64,000 bases of DNA from Lingula anatina (Eukaryota; Animalia; Brachiopoda): positions 27,342,001 through 27,406,000 of the forward strand of contig CM120642.1 in assembly GCA_051362555.1 (NCBI GenBank). The letters are read 5' to 3'. Position 1 is the stretch's first letter. Every line of letters starts with the position of its first letter. The translations under genes were made by a program, and so were the position numbers. The notes under the pieces are model-generated. The model was not told the DNA's origin and ran no database searches. It saw only the letters and a program-made list of their open reading frames with translations. Below, one piece after another: positions 1-14,000 of the stretch.

Positions 1-478
1 ATCAAATCTGGTTGAAGCCACATAAGATACTCCCTTTCCCTAGAAAAAGCAAAATCACATTTTAATCAACTGTTGAGGGCAACTTCTTTTCAGGTTGCAG
101 GCCAATAAAGCATTGCAGGTGTTAAAAATAGCTCAGGCAACAAGTAACCAGTTTTATGTGTATCTAAGATAATGCCAGGATAGATATAGAATGATTGAAC
201 CTGCACTTTTTTCATCGGAGAGTGCCAGCTGTGAAGGATATATATGTAAAGATTTGCTGATAAGATTAATTTAGAGAACTATATGTCCCCAGCTGATCTG
301 TGAACTAGCAATCTGAAAAAAGAATAGAGAAAAAAAAACTTCAGGTCAACTTCAAGTTATTATATGTATTATATTAAATATAGCATTAACAGGAGTAAAG
401 GGATCAATTTGTTGCCTGATGAGTAAATGTCCAAGTTTTTCTTTTAGAAAAAGGTTGTACTCTATATTTTATTTATTA

Positions 479-515
<37 letters not shown>

Positions 516-568
516 TATTCATTTGTTTGTATTTTAATTTCATTTATTTAATTTTCAATTTTTTTCAG

Positions 569-3500
569 TATCCAGAGTCAGCGCTGCATGCTGTTGCTAG
601 AAAAGGCCATTTAACTGTAGCAGAATGTTTAATTGGGCAAGGAGGTGACGTCAATATACAGAATAAGGTAATTTCTGCATAGTTTTCATGCCAAACTTTT
701 GTAATGTTGCTGTTACGGGAAGATTTGTCGATCCCCAGCACTACAGCCTTGCATAATGATTAAATTAAGTCTAATTAGATCAAAGTAAAAACATATATAT
801 ATATCATAGAAAATGATCTTATATCTGGCTTGGCTGGTGATGATATCACTTTTCTGCAAAGCAACATATTGACCTAAGCCAAAGTCAATAACTATGGAAC
901 AGTAGCCATTTTATGATAACATTGTTTTGCAGGCTGGATTCACACCTCTTCATTTCGCAGCAGCAGGAGGCGACGTGGCTATGGTGGAACTCCTTGTTAA
1001 TGCAGGTGCAGATTTAGGTGTAGAAAATAAGGTAAGGACAAAATGTGAAAAGGACGAAATGAAATCGTGTCATTTGGGTATGTTGATGATTTTACAGGGA
1101 AATTTGCTGATGCCTTTTTTTTTTCTTTTCTCATTTTTTAAGGCACAATTGCAAAAGTATTTGAGCTAAATGAAATCATGGAATCAAAAAAATTTAACCT
1201 GTATAATATGTTTTAATCAGCTGTCTTGATTTTCTTGCCTATACTCCTCACAAATTGATACTTGAAACTTGGACTGAATCATTTATTATTTACAATGCCA
1301 GCAATTAAGGGTTCTTTAGATGTATGCCATTATTTATTAGGTCATTGCCTTTAGATCCTATACAAATGGGTCAATTATGCAGGAAATGCCAGATACGATT
1401 AACCTAATTTTTTTCTGCTTTCAAGTATTTTTTGTATTGATCATGTGGTTATGTTAAAAATGCCTAAATGCACCTTGATGACTGCTAGTAACAGTTGCTG
1501 TCTTCAAATTTAGGATAAAGTGATTTTCCAAACCAGAGGTGGTGTATGAATAACGACTGGCTAAATGTTGTTTACGCCACTTGATCTCCTTGTTAAGTGT
1601 TTTATTAACCAAATCGGAAAATTGATAATCATGAAGTCAGTAAACAGCTGCATTGTAGTCCACTGATGACACTTCCCATTAGAATATAGCTAACACAATA
1701 AGTTGTGACTTCTCCAGAAAAACAATCTGTGACAGGCAAAAAGGGAAAGACTTATCTTTCTTTACTATGATGTTTGAATCTAAACCTTTTCTCTTGTAGG
1801 CAGGACAGACTCCATTAAGGCTAGCAGTCAAGGATGGCTGTGTGGAAGTCGTAGAAATTCTAGTCAGAGCAGGAGCTCAAGTTAATCACGAAGACAATGT
1901 AAGCATTCAACATATGTAATTACACCACACATAGGTTTCTATGGCTGCTGATGATGTACATAAGTCAAAAACTTCTCTTCCCACACATTTTATATAGTCT
2001 CTGTAAAAGAAACTACAAAGAAAATCATTAAGAAAGAAAAAAGAGTTGTGACATGTTTGAAGACATAATTGCCATGTCACTGCTACCTTATGTCAATAAA
2101 TAACCTAGCTCTACCTTTCGCCCCCAGACCATTTAAGACAGATGGAGGTCACAAGATTTATTTAGTCTACTTACTCTACAAAGGATTGCATAATAAATCC
2201 AGATAAATGTGTTAATTTATTGCTGCTGTATGGACTTTGCATATAACATTAGTGTTTATTTGACTGGATTGTAAACCAGAATATTAATTCTTTGTAATTG
2301 TAACCCTTGTCGTCTGTGAAATTATTCAGTATAATATAATTCAATAATTTAATTACAGTTGTATTAAGTTATATGGTTTTATATAATATTTTTTTAACGT
2401 TATGTTAAGTCACAAAAATATTATATTATATTATATTATATTATATTATATTATATTATATTATATTATATTATATTATATTATATTATATTATATATTA
2501 AAACAGGATGGCGTGACTCCCCTTCATCTCGCTGCCAGAATGGGTTTGACCCTCATTGCGCAGCTTCTCATTAACGCACACGCGGAGGTCAACAAGCAAG
2601 ATGCTGATGGGATGACCCCACTTCATGTGGCTGTCTCCAGGGACCACACCAAAATGACAGAAACACTCATTAAAGCTGGTGCACAAGTCAACATTAAGGA
2701 TGAGGTAGGTGGTTTCATCTTTGTCAACATCGTGTGCCCTGCTTCTAAGAGCGCATTCAGAACAAATATGGCCGACCCACTTGAATGCTTTTTGCATAAT
2801 CCTCGTGGGGAATCTATTCAGTGTCTAATCGGGAATTCGGCGGCAAGCTTTGTAGTGTAGTCACTCTGTAACTTCCCTTTACATGTCCTAAAAAGTGGCT
2901 TATTTAAGAGGGTTTGGTTGGTATTGATTTGTTTCCATTGGGAGATTTTTAATAAACAAAATTATCCTTTTCAGAAGCAAGAAATAGGTGTTTATGAGTG
3001 CCAATTATCTCAGATTGTTTTTCATTTATGAAATGCAAATGAATAATAGATGGTTTCAATGAAAAAATAAAGAGATATTATGTAATATGGCATCATAATG
3101 AAACTGGTTGAACTTTGCTAAAACACCCGACTTTGGTTACCCAGAACCTTAATAACTTATAAAATACTCTGACCTTGAAAGAGAAAAAAAGGGTTTTTCT
3201 AAGAAGTCGTGTGACGACCTTCATGAATAACAGACATAATGCACTGGTTACCCTTATTCATTACGTCAAGCTGTTGTTTTACATTTTACTATTTGATCTT
3301 AGTTTTGAAAGAGTGCCAGGTCTGTTTTTCCCTTCACAGAACTTGTCTTCCAGACATATTTTTTTCTTTAATCACTGATGGAACTTGACACCAATGCTTC
3401 ATTAGTTAAGTTGCTTTTGTTTTGTACTGTATAATGCTTGTACGTTGTTCAGAAGTGTTTTGCTGTAGTTAAGAATTAATTTTGCACTCTTTGATTTTTA

Positions 3501-3755
3501 AACTGTCCATGGTGTACTTTTGCCAGATGGTCATTGACTATATGTGCACTATTTAGCTGTGATTTAAGTGCATGATTCTTTTTAGCAAACCATATGGGTT
3601 CTGACCTTTGAGTCAGTGGTTGCCAAAAGTAGATGCATACATTTTTCAGTTTCAGGAAAGCCCTAGAAAGTCATCATGGATAAATTCTCTTCTACTTCTT
3701 CTTCTTCTTATTATTATTATTATGTACTCAGAGAACAATCATTATACCCTTTATT

Positions 3756-3811
<56 letters not shown>

Positions 3812-6800
3812 CAATAGTAACACTTCATCATTCTTGTTTGATTATGAAGCCCAATTAATAATACGCTACTTAATTTTGTTTCCAGACTGGAGGAACTGCA
3901 CTTGCTGAGGCTGTACTCAAGGAAAACACACATATAATCAAGCTGCTGTTGGATGCTGGTGCAGACATATCAGTGCTAGACAGGGTAAGGATGGGTGGCC
4001 ATAATATGGTTTTCTACATCAGATTATTTGACAACTATTATTGCTGAAAAATATAAGAAATATCCCAAGGGATCAGAGTATGTGAAATTTTTTGATTTGG
4101 CACGGAATTTAAGTGTTCATTATCTACAAAGTTATTTTCTGTTCAGGATCTGAATGTAATTTTGGTTGTTGTTTTCAGGATACCCAGGCAGATCTAATAA
4201 ACCGTGGTCTTGCATCTCAGGATGCCATTATAGAACTAAGTCAAGATCTAAACAATTTAACAACTGACAGTAAGTATGCTCTTCTCCCTCCATTTTGATT
4301 TTAAAGTGTCACATCTGGAAAAACTAGAGGAGAGTGCTGACTGCCACCTCAGGTTTAGGCATATGCAATGTTGTTTGTCTAAGAAGAAAATCCAGCAAAT
4401 ATTCACCAGTTTCGTCAAAGTTCTTGTCATTGTGATGCTGATTACATTTATCATTATTATTGCTAATTTTGTGATTGCATGATTCTTTATTTATTAAAAT
4501 TATTATGTACTTATAGTTAATATATATATCATTTATTTCACAATTTTTGACAAAAAATTGTACACTGAACAGTGTCTCAATGCATGTGACTGATTGACTA
4601 AAGCATATTGGCTGATTTCAGAATGGCTGCCTTAATGTCTATTTTAGAAAAAGGGAGGATGATAAAAAATGCTATTTAATCCTTAATAAGGCTTTGGCTG
4701 CAGTGTGGGTTTCTTTTGGAATGTAAGGAAAAACTAGAATTTCAACAAGAAGATCTATGAATGCATTCCTGGCAAAAAAAGTGATTTTTTTTTTTTTTTT
4801 TTGCTTTTTTTATGAAGATGGAAAATAATTTCCTAAAAATCTACTGATATATCTAAATTAAAGTTTCTTATAGAAATATATATGATGTAACTTAAGGAAC
4901 TGAAAAGGAATTTGTTTGAAATACTTTTTGTCTTTCATTCATATGTGTACATCCTGCATTTGTTAGTACATAAAGCTTAAAATTTGCCACTTGATATATA
5001 AACACCTACTACTTAATTTCAAGTTATAAAGTTATAAAAATTGTACTGTATTTATTTATTTATTGGTAAATTCTGAACATTTAAAGACACATATTACATA
5101 TATGTACCAGTATGTGCATTTGAAATATATTTAGGATCATGTGAAGTTGTCTTGCAAAAATTTTTGTTTAGCTTAAACCTGGTTTAATATATACCAAACA
5201 CAAAAAAATAATGATCAAAGTAAGTAACATTCATTGTTTAAGCCAGTGAGTAGGTTTTTAGTTTAGTCTACATAAAGACTTCTGTTTCTTTCAGCCAGAA
5301 CTGTATTTTGATAAAGTAATTGCATTTCTTTTTATTTTGTCTTGTATTTAAGTGGAGATGTGAAGACGTGATAAGCAGGTATGCAAGCCTTTATGAAAAA
5401 CAAAATCATATGACTTTGCTTTGTTTTCGAGTCTTATCTGATATCACATGAAAAGCATTTTCTTACTTCACAACTAACACACTTCAATACTTTATTGTGT
5501 TTAAACTTTGCTTACTTTAAATACCATACAAAGAAAACACAAACACTTTTGTTCATTAAGGTAAAAATGAATAAATGCAAGACAAACTTAAAAGATGAAA
5601 AGATTTAGATAAATTGATGACAGTTAAGATACTTCAGCAATATCAAAGCTATTTGCATAATTGTGTGATTTTGTTACACTGTTCTGACATTTGTTGATTT
5701 CATTTGTTTTTTGTTCTGATTGACAATCACTAACCCTACTTGCTGCTTATATTATAATTTGCCAAATAGTGTTTGATGTTTTAGGTGTATAGTCACACAA
5801 TATCAGTGATTTCAGTATGATTATTTAATTCAAACAGCTTAAAAGATGAAAAGTAGAATGATGGAATTGAGCTCAGTGATTTTGTGGCTTTGATTCTACT
5901 TTTATTTATGCACAGGCTTATCCCATTGATGAAAATTTTAATGGTGAACATATGTTACCAAATATATATGTCCCATATTAACTGATCTCATTTTTTAAAA
6001 GAATGCGGTATATTTGAAAAAAAAAAGTGATTATAATGAAAATCTTTTTAAAAGCTTTAGCTACATTTTCACTGGTAAATATGAAAGAAATTTGATATTT
6101 TGTTTGAAAAAATGTTATATAAGGGCACATCTAGATTTCCACATACTAGCTGGGTCTGTCCAATTCTGCGTGGAATTCTCGCTAAAGTGCAATCAGTGGA
6201 ATCATCGTAATCAGCACACAGTAGTTAATTACCCCCTAGCTGCTTGAGGAGGAATTTCAGACAATTAAGATTACACTGATTGCTTTTTAGCGAGAATCTC
6301 CTGCAGAGCTGGGCCAATCCAGCTAGCACAATGTGTGAATCTGAATGCTGTCTAAACAAAATAACAAAATGGAATTATGTTCTTAAGAGCATTAATTTGA
6401 AACTTTTGTTGGACATTGTGTTTTAAGATAGAAACGGCTTTGCTTTTAGATTTTGAAAATAGGACTTTGATGTCAGGTGAAATGCTTCTGATAAATTTTG
6501 GTTGGACACCTTTCTTTTATCTTGGACTAAAGAGAGCCAAGGTGAAATGCAGTCACTCAAATGATGATTTAGCATAACGTTTTGTGTCTAATGTAGCTTT
6601 TTGTAATCATTTTAAAGGAATAATATTGGCGAATGTTTTGAAGGAAATTTTTATTATACCCCAAATACTACAATGAGTATCAAAGGGCACTGGGAAAAGG
6701 AGAGGGATGCTGAAAGAAGAGAGGGGAGTTTTTAGTGCCCTCTGATACTCAGGGTTCAATACCACTGACACTGCTGTACAAGTTTAAGTTACAAGTTGTC

Positions 6801-6949
6801 TTTTTTTTCCTTCTCTTTTTAGACCTGAACAAAAACCAGATTCCAAATCAGATCAGAAGATAATTCCCAGAAGACTGAAGAAACTCGTCAGAAAATGCAG
6901 AATGGATTGCAAAAAGGATCATGGATTTGTGTATCTACAGAAGACATAA
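569..6949 (+). CDS. Ankyrin-repeat protein, 3' part (5' end outside window); C-terminal exon usage uncertain
   Basis: Phase-0 GT-AG exons of 99 nt (one ANK repeat each) or 198 nt: 569-667 (YPESALHAVARKGH..), 933-1031 (AGFTPLHFAAAGG..), 1800-1898 (AGQTPLRLAVKDG..), 2507-2704 (DGVTPLHLAA../DGMTPLHVAV..), 3886-3984 (TGGTALAEAV..); then 4179-4269/4273 and a probable last exon from 6823 after a strong polypyrimidine tract. Confidence 0.85.
2420..2497. repeat. (TTATA)n microsatellite
   Basis: Directly visible, immediately before the acceptor at 2506. Confidence 0.95.
3757..3811. repeat. (TAT)n microsatellite (similar tract at ~480-515)
   Basis: Directly visible. Confidence 0.95.
6121..6353. mobile_element. 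Palindromic MITE remnant
   Basis: Long imperfect inverted repeat: CTAGCTGG..TTCTCGCTAAAGTGCAATCAGTGGAATC vs GATTACACTGATTGCTTTTTAGCGAGAA..CCAGCTAG. Confidence 0.6.
6674..6751. repeat. Short inverted repeat / mini-MITE
   Basis: TGAGTATCAAAGGGCACT ... AGTGCCCTCTGATACTCA (17/18 match). Confidence 0.6.
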
Positions 6950-9702
6950 AACAGGATCTTCTTTCTACAGATTACCATCTACTGTAGCAAGCAATATTTA
7001 CATTGGGTTCTTGACCAGAAATGTCATGTAATACAACCTGCCTTCAGCTATTCACCATATGTGCTGCTCAAGAGAAATAAGTAATACATAAAATGCCTGC
7101 ATTGAATTTGCAGGAGCAATGGGCAATATTGCTGTTGTCTGTGAAGTTTATTTTTCCCTACTGAAGTTGAACATAACGTAGAAAAAAAATACAACTGTGG
7201 ACAATTTATTTGAACAGCCTCCGTCATTCTGCATAAAACACCTTTGTTGTTTTATCAACCCTTGATGAGAAACAAATTGATGTGTCCTTATAACCACTGC
7301 CTAAGAAACACTAAGGAATCGGTGCCTTACAACATTGATATTCTAAATCTGGCATAAAAATCCTTTGAAATGCATTTTTAAAGCTTCCAAATTGGGTTGT
7401 TTTTCACTTGTGTGTGTCGAAACAAGTGGTGTGTATAAGAAAGAAAAACTATTTTTCATTTATGTTTGTGGACTTTGTCCACTTTGTATTGTGGACTTTT
7501 ATCCACTTTGTAGTCTCCATGGAGAATTATCTTACAGATGTCATGGTGTCTTCTGTCTACTTTTAAAAGTGGAAACCTGGGAGCAAGGATGAAAAACTTG
7601 TGAATTGCTCACTTCCATCAACTTGGAAGGTGGAAATTTGCTGATAGGAAAATTGCATTGTGTTTATCACCCACAGGAGATATCTTGCAGCTATTTGAAG
7701 TCACAGTTATTGCCACTAACATGAACTAAGCACAAGCAGCCCCATGTCATAGCACAACTATTGAAATATACCAACAAAACCTCAACGGTACTTTGTTACA
7801 ACTGACACTATCTCAGTATACAACTATCTTGAATTATTCAAAATGAGTGCTTATTTTGAAACAGGATGATTTACTTCGTCTTATCGTTATTAGGAAACAA
7901 CTTGATATTAATTGCTATATAACTTGAAGCTTATAGGGAAATTAGTAAGGTGGTCTATGCCAATAAACTAGATTTTTTCTTTATATGATTGTCCACCAAG
8001 TGCCAAGAATATTGCACATTATATGAATACATCTGCATATAGTTTTAACAAAATTGAAAGGTTCTTAGCATAAAGATGCACATTCTATGTACTTCCTATT
8101 GTTTCAATTTGTACTGTGGAACTTCATAAACAAGGGCATTAACTTTTAGGAACCTTTCTAGCCAAATTCATGGCCATTTCCAATGCCTTGGTAAACTCCT
8201 CTACTTATAGTTGCCTTTTTTCCCCCAAGATAAATCAGAAAAACCCCAATGAGAATGTATTTATATGGCCTCTATTATCCAAGTGAAGTTTTAAATTCAT
8301 CCTTCAGGTCATCTTGCAGTAGAGGTGCTATTTTGTGTGTGTGCAAGCAATCTTTAGTTTTTGTTGAGATTGTATTACATGGGCATATTAACAATTAGTT
8401 AAACAGTAGATATTTTTTTCTGCAAAATAGCAATATGATAGTATTATCTGCTTGTTGATAAAGCCTTTTTGTATTGATTAATTGATTTTGTCTCACTACC
8501 GAAAAAAAATTTGTTGGTTTTTGAAGTGACAAAACCAGTGACAGTTTTACAGCAGTATTTTACTATGAAACAATTTACCGTGTCATGTTCTGGTCAGAAT
8601 TTTTGTATAAGATCTACAGATTTATAAAAACTTTTGAACGTACCAAACATTTTACGTCTGCTTCCATATGTGACTGTTTTTACTTACTAGTACTTACCTA
8701 AAGTACTGAAGGAAAGAAATCAGCAGTGAAATTGCTGATGCTTTCATATTGCCCAGTATTATGTCTTTTAAGTATTACATGACTAAAAGTGGCAGATTTT
8801 TCATACAATTAAGTTTGTTTTATTTCATAAATGCTAAAGCAGCCTTTCAGTGTTATTGTAAATAATGTAGGAATTTTTTTCTAATCTGTCTCCTTGCTGT
8901 TAAAAAAACTGTGCAATAACAACTATGTAACAGTTATTAATAACCCATAGTATTTTAAGATAAAACCCTGGTTGTTGGGGGTGAAAAAAGTTTGGTATTT
9001 CTCTGACAAATCATAATTTTACAAACTTAAATGGTGCAAGGATGAAAAAAATGCCAAAAATTAATTAATTAATTGTTATGATCTTCACATGCACACAGAT
9101 ATTGTAGGTTTTTATATTACCAAACAGCACTGGGAGATAATAGAGAGTTACATTTTAGAAGTATTTGTCTAACTATGATAAAAAATAGTGTATTTTTAAT
9201 GATCTGTGAAATGTGCCACTTAACTTTGTATTGCTACATGTATAACCTTAATACGAAATCAGGTTGTGATTTCTTCTTCACCTGTAGATTCTCTCACATT
9301 AAGTTAAGTCTTCTTTTACAGTCTAGCCCCAAACAAAACGCCAGTAAAATTGAAGCTAGTGTTGAAAAGCTTTTTAAAAAATTCTTCCGTTTCTGGCCAC
9401 TATTTGGCCCAGTAGATTCTTAAGACCAGTGTCTCAAAGGGGGCTACTGTTTTGGTACAGACTACTTCCATGTATGGTTTCTTATTTGTCACAGAATAGA
9501 TAAAGATTAATCTGAAACTAGATTTCAATTTACTTCCTCATTTTTTGTCTTAGTATATAATACTTTGTAAAAATTCTCTAATGTTGAAGCATTAGAGTGT
9601 TTTGTGTAGACTTAATTGAGTATGTTGAGATTGAAAGATCGTACTAAATAACTTTCTTGGAGATATACACTACAATGCCATAATGTATAAAATGCTGTTG
9701 TC

Positions 9703-9763
<61 letters not shown>

Positions 9764-10433
9764 CATACACTGACAAAGGTTAAGTATGATATTAGTTTGT
9801 ACAGTTTTGATGGATTATTCTAGTAATGGCACATTAAGCCTACTGCACTTGTATCATAGTCAAATAGGGTCATAACTCTAATGTGCTTGTATACAGAATG
9901 GCTTATAGAAGTTATCCATATAATTTTTGAGAAAATTTTCTATTGGTTTGAAATTTTGAAAGAAAATTTATGCCTGTATAATTTTTGCATTTTCATTGTT
10001 TGATTCGCCTTCAATGTATATGCTACGTGTACACTGTTATAGTCCTATACATTAGCAGAGAAGGCCTGCTTGTGTGACAGAGAAATGATACTTTTTTCTT
10101 GTGGGTTGGGGTACTGCGCCTATTTTATTACTCAAAAAAGGTAACTGTGCTGTAATATAATTTTAGAATAATTGTAGACCACACTTATGTATGAGTAGAC
10201 TTAATTTTGCATAAGTTTTTGTATAGCATCAGACAGCTAATCTGAGGGCACTGCTATACTCTGAACAAGTTCATGTGTATTGCATGTATATATAATGCGT
10301 CACTGTGGACAAGGTTACGTCCACAAAAAATGTTAACCTTTTTGCTTAGCTTATTTGTGATGAGCTAATTTAAAATCAAAACTTTGTATTATATTCTTCT
10401 TCCATTAACAACCATAATATTGAAATAAATAAA
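6950..10433 (+). other. Probable long 3' UTR of the ankyrin gene ending at an AATAAA cluster
   Basis: No exon-like ORFs; AAATAAATAAAC at ~10423-10434 followed by a GT/T-rich stretch, just before the convergent gene's minus-strand signal (TTTATT at 10571). Confidence 0.5.
9705..9761. repeat. (AT)n microsatellite
   Basis: Directly visible. Confidence 0.95.
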
Positions 10434-11086
10434 CAGTTTAATGTAAATATGTTTTTCTGTTGTAGGCTTTGGAATTAGAAAAAAATTGAAAGGACAGAAT
10501 ATTGGTGCCTGTAAGTGCAGCAGTAATAATTAAGCAATGTTCTATTTTGAAAAACAATTCGGCCTTAAAATTTATTTCATAATTTGTACATAAGTATAAT
10601 TAATATTATATAATATAATTAATATTAATCTTTAGCAACAATCTTCTTAGTTATGACAACCCTTTTTATCAAGAAACGGATCACAGTCTTCCCCCATACA
10701 AATTAATTTGTAAATGAATACTGAATAGGCCATTTCAATTACTTTTCATGATAAAAAATTATCAAATATAAGTCTTGTAATCCCTGTGCATTGGTGAATC
10801 CCTCCTACCATTTTCCAAAATTTAGTACAAGATTTCACCTGAACACCTTTAAAAGAGAGCAGACATGTACATGTAATGCCAGAAATAGGAAATATCACTA
10901 TAGGAAAATTTTAGAAAGAAATTTCAGTGCTGCCTCCATAGACCAACGGTTCACTGAAGCCAACCCTATATAATCAACCCCACAAAGCTACTCCAGGCAG
11001 CTTTGAGGAGCACCACTGGCTAAAATAGTTTTGATTGCATTGTTTGATTGCATTTGGTGAGGACATTCGCAGCAATGTTGTTATCT

Positions 11087-14000
11087 TCAGACTATTTTAT
11101 CCAGTTCTGGCATGTTTTCAATTTTAAAGTCAAGTAGCATCTGGCCCATGGCTTTACCCTGAAAATAACAAGAAATAATATCATATGTACCTTAACATCA
11201 ATATTAAATCTCTTTTCTAAAAAAAAAAAATTCTTTACGTTATGCCAAGCATTCCCTTGTAGAGGTTATAATATGTACTTGGCTTGAAATACATTAATAC
11301 AATATCTGCCATAAACATGACATGATAAGAGTAGATGATGTCTTCTACTTGGGTTATTGCATGACAATATGTAAAACACATTTTGCAAAAAATAAAATAA
11401 ATAAAATAAATTAATAAATAACCTTGTCCCTAGGTCAGAGTGAACACATTCTGGCAGTCACACCAAATAATATCATCTTTTCAAAGCTATAGCATTTGCT
11501 GTGCATTAGATATTGTTCTAGTAGCTGTCTGTTACCTGAGGGTCATATCTGTGTGAGGCCACTCCTCCACCACCAAGGACATTTTTCAGTAAGAAGTTCA
11601 ATCCATGAATACCTGGGAGTTCATATCTACAACAATAACAGACAACATCAATTAAAAAAAAATTAAAAAAAATTCGAAAGGGGGGGGGGGGGGGGGGGGG
11701 GGCGCGATAAAAAACATTACAAAATTTCCTACTGACCAGAGATGGATACATTTCACTAAAAATAATAAAAACAATTTGTCATTTGGTTGTCTCAGAAACA
11801 AAATTAGTTCGAAAAGTTCCAAATATTTCTCTGAACCAAAATAATACTCAATTAAGTTCAGGTGGCTTTAATGTAAGCCACTGCTAAATAATCTTTTTTG
11901 AAAGACTGGAAGAGAACAAAAAAGACAAATGCCTAAACATATAGTAATAATGAAAACCACATCAACAAAAATCCAATATTACCTGTGGACCCTCTTTCCT
12001 TCATCATCTTGTTCAAATAAATGTTTAAAGTAGTTCTCTACAGCTTGTGATGTCAAAGCTTGCTTTATATATGGCAGGTATGCCGGTTTTCTGGCTATCA
12101 CACCTGAAAAAAACATGTCAGTGAAGGTATATGTAGTGTACTTCCAGACACCGTAACATTTTCCACAGCTCTAATACATTAAGTGAGCTTCAAACAAAAA
12201 AAAAATAGTTCCAGCTACATAGTTACATTTTTGCTTAATAATTAGTATTTATTTTGAAAATTGCAAGAAACTGATGAAAGCAGTTAACTGACTGGATACA
12301 ATGATCTGTCTCTCTCTCTCTCTCTCTCTCTTGCACGCGTGCGCACACACACAAACACACACACAAACAAAAAATTCACCCACAATCTTTTTTACAATTT
12401 ATCCCATAGTTTTAAAAAACTTCTCAATACCAATATTAGCATTATTGCCCTTATCCCCACTCCTGGTGTAGGCCAGGTCCTCCAGTCTATATGTACACGT
12501 TCCCTTGGGCAGGTCCATAGCTGTGGACACATCTGGGGTGTCTACAATCTCAGAGGAGGTAGGTACAGGAGGCGGGTCAAACACATATGGATTTTCTCCT
12601 GCTAGCATTATAATAGTCTGCAAATGTACAGTAATAGGGTATAGGTTTGTTTTGTCTACGGTTGATCATTTTACAGGAGAAAAAAATAAATAATAGGAAA
12701 TAACATAATTCTGTACATAGTTTGTTCACATGTTTTTCATGTAAGCTGTTCAACATAAATCATTTTTGCAGTGTTGACAACGAAACAAACCGTTTATAAC
12801 TTTTTCCCCCAACACAATACCAACTCACCTCTATTTCAGTTTTTGGAAGCAGAAATGAATACAGCTTCAAAATAGGAGAGCTGAAATAGAAATCATACCA
12901 AATCACATTTTGACATAAACGTATGTGTCAATTCAAAGCAAGTTTTTTTAAAAGAATATTTTCATTTAAATAAAATCTAAACTATTCCTCACTTTTAAGT
13001 TAAAACTGAAAATACATGTATGTATATGGGGTTCATCCATTTTTATCATCATTTCAACACGTCTTCAAAAAGGAGCACTTTTCCAGACAACCCCCTCCTC
13101 CCTTCAGAGAGTACAAGGTAAAACCTACAAATGATGACCTTTGCCAGAACACCCCTTGGGGTGAAAGTCATCATTCTATTATTTTTCCAATAGAAGACAA
13201 AGGGGATTAACCCCTCCCCAATGTACAGTTTGCAGGCTTGTGAAAATAAAAAAAATGGATGACCCCTGAGGGAACACTATTCATAACACCTACTCCTTTG
13301 GTCTTCCTCGCCCTGCAAGGCCAGTCAATCCTGGAGCTGAAAGAGAAAGCACATCACTTCAGCATACTGTCACTATAGTTTTAAAGTAGTATTTTTAGAG
13401 TTATGGGTCCAAAAACATACAAACAAAGCACACTTAAGGTTTCCCTTCCTAGAAGGGAGTCAATAGGTTACCCTTAAGATGTAAAAGTACTTAAGATATA
13501 AAACTGTTTAAGATCCAGTGGTGTGTTTCACGTCACTGTTAGTGAGATAGGGTAGTGTGGAAGAAGTAACATGGTGGTACATGAAACATTGTGATAAATG
13601 GCACACCCAACACACAGCTGGATGTGCCATTGTGTTAGATGTGAAAGTGTGACTTACCCATTCCTGTTCCTGCAGGAGCAAGTTCCCTGGCAAAGAGTTC
13701 AAGGGCTTTTCTATTTGTGTGCTCCACTGAAAACCACACTACCACTTCTCTTGGATTCTGAAATAACACATTGCATAATCACTTAAGGACTTTTAATCTA
13801 ATGAGATACTGAAATCAGAAGGAAGCTTATACTTACTAAATCTTTCCTAGCTTGGTCCCCATAATATTCTTCAGTGCCAACAACTTGGACTTCAACCTTA
13901 CTGAAGTCTGTGAACCACAATTCCTTTAACAGATACTGTAATCTGTGGAAGAATAATATAATACAATACAATATAATAAAATACAATACAATATCAGATG

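Noticed and set aside
4307-4352. 46-nt candidate ankyrin-gene exon that would restore the longer last-exon frame
   Set aside because: Would need a 37-nt upstream intron, shorter than any other intron in the window.
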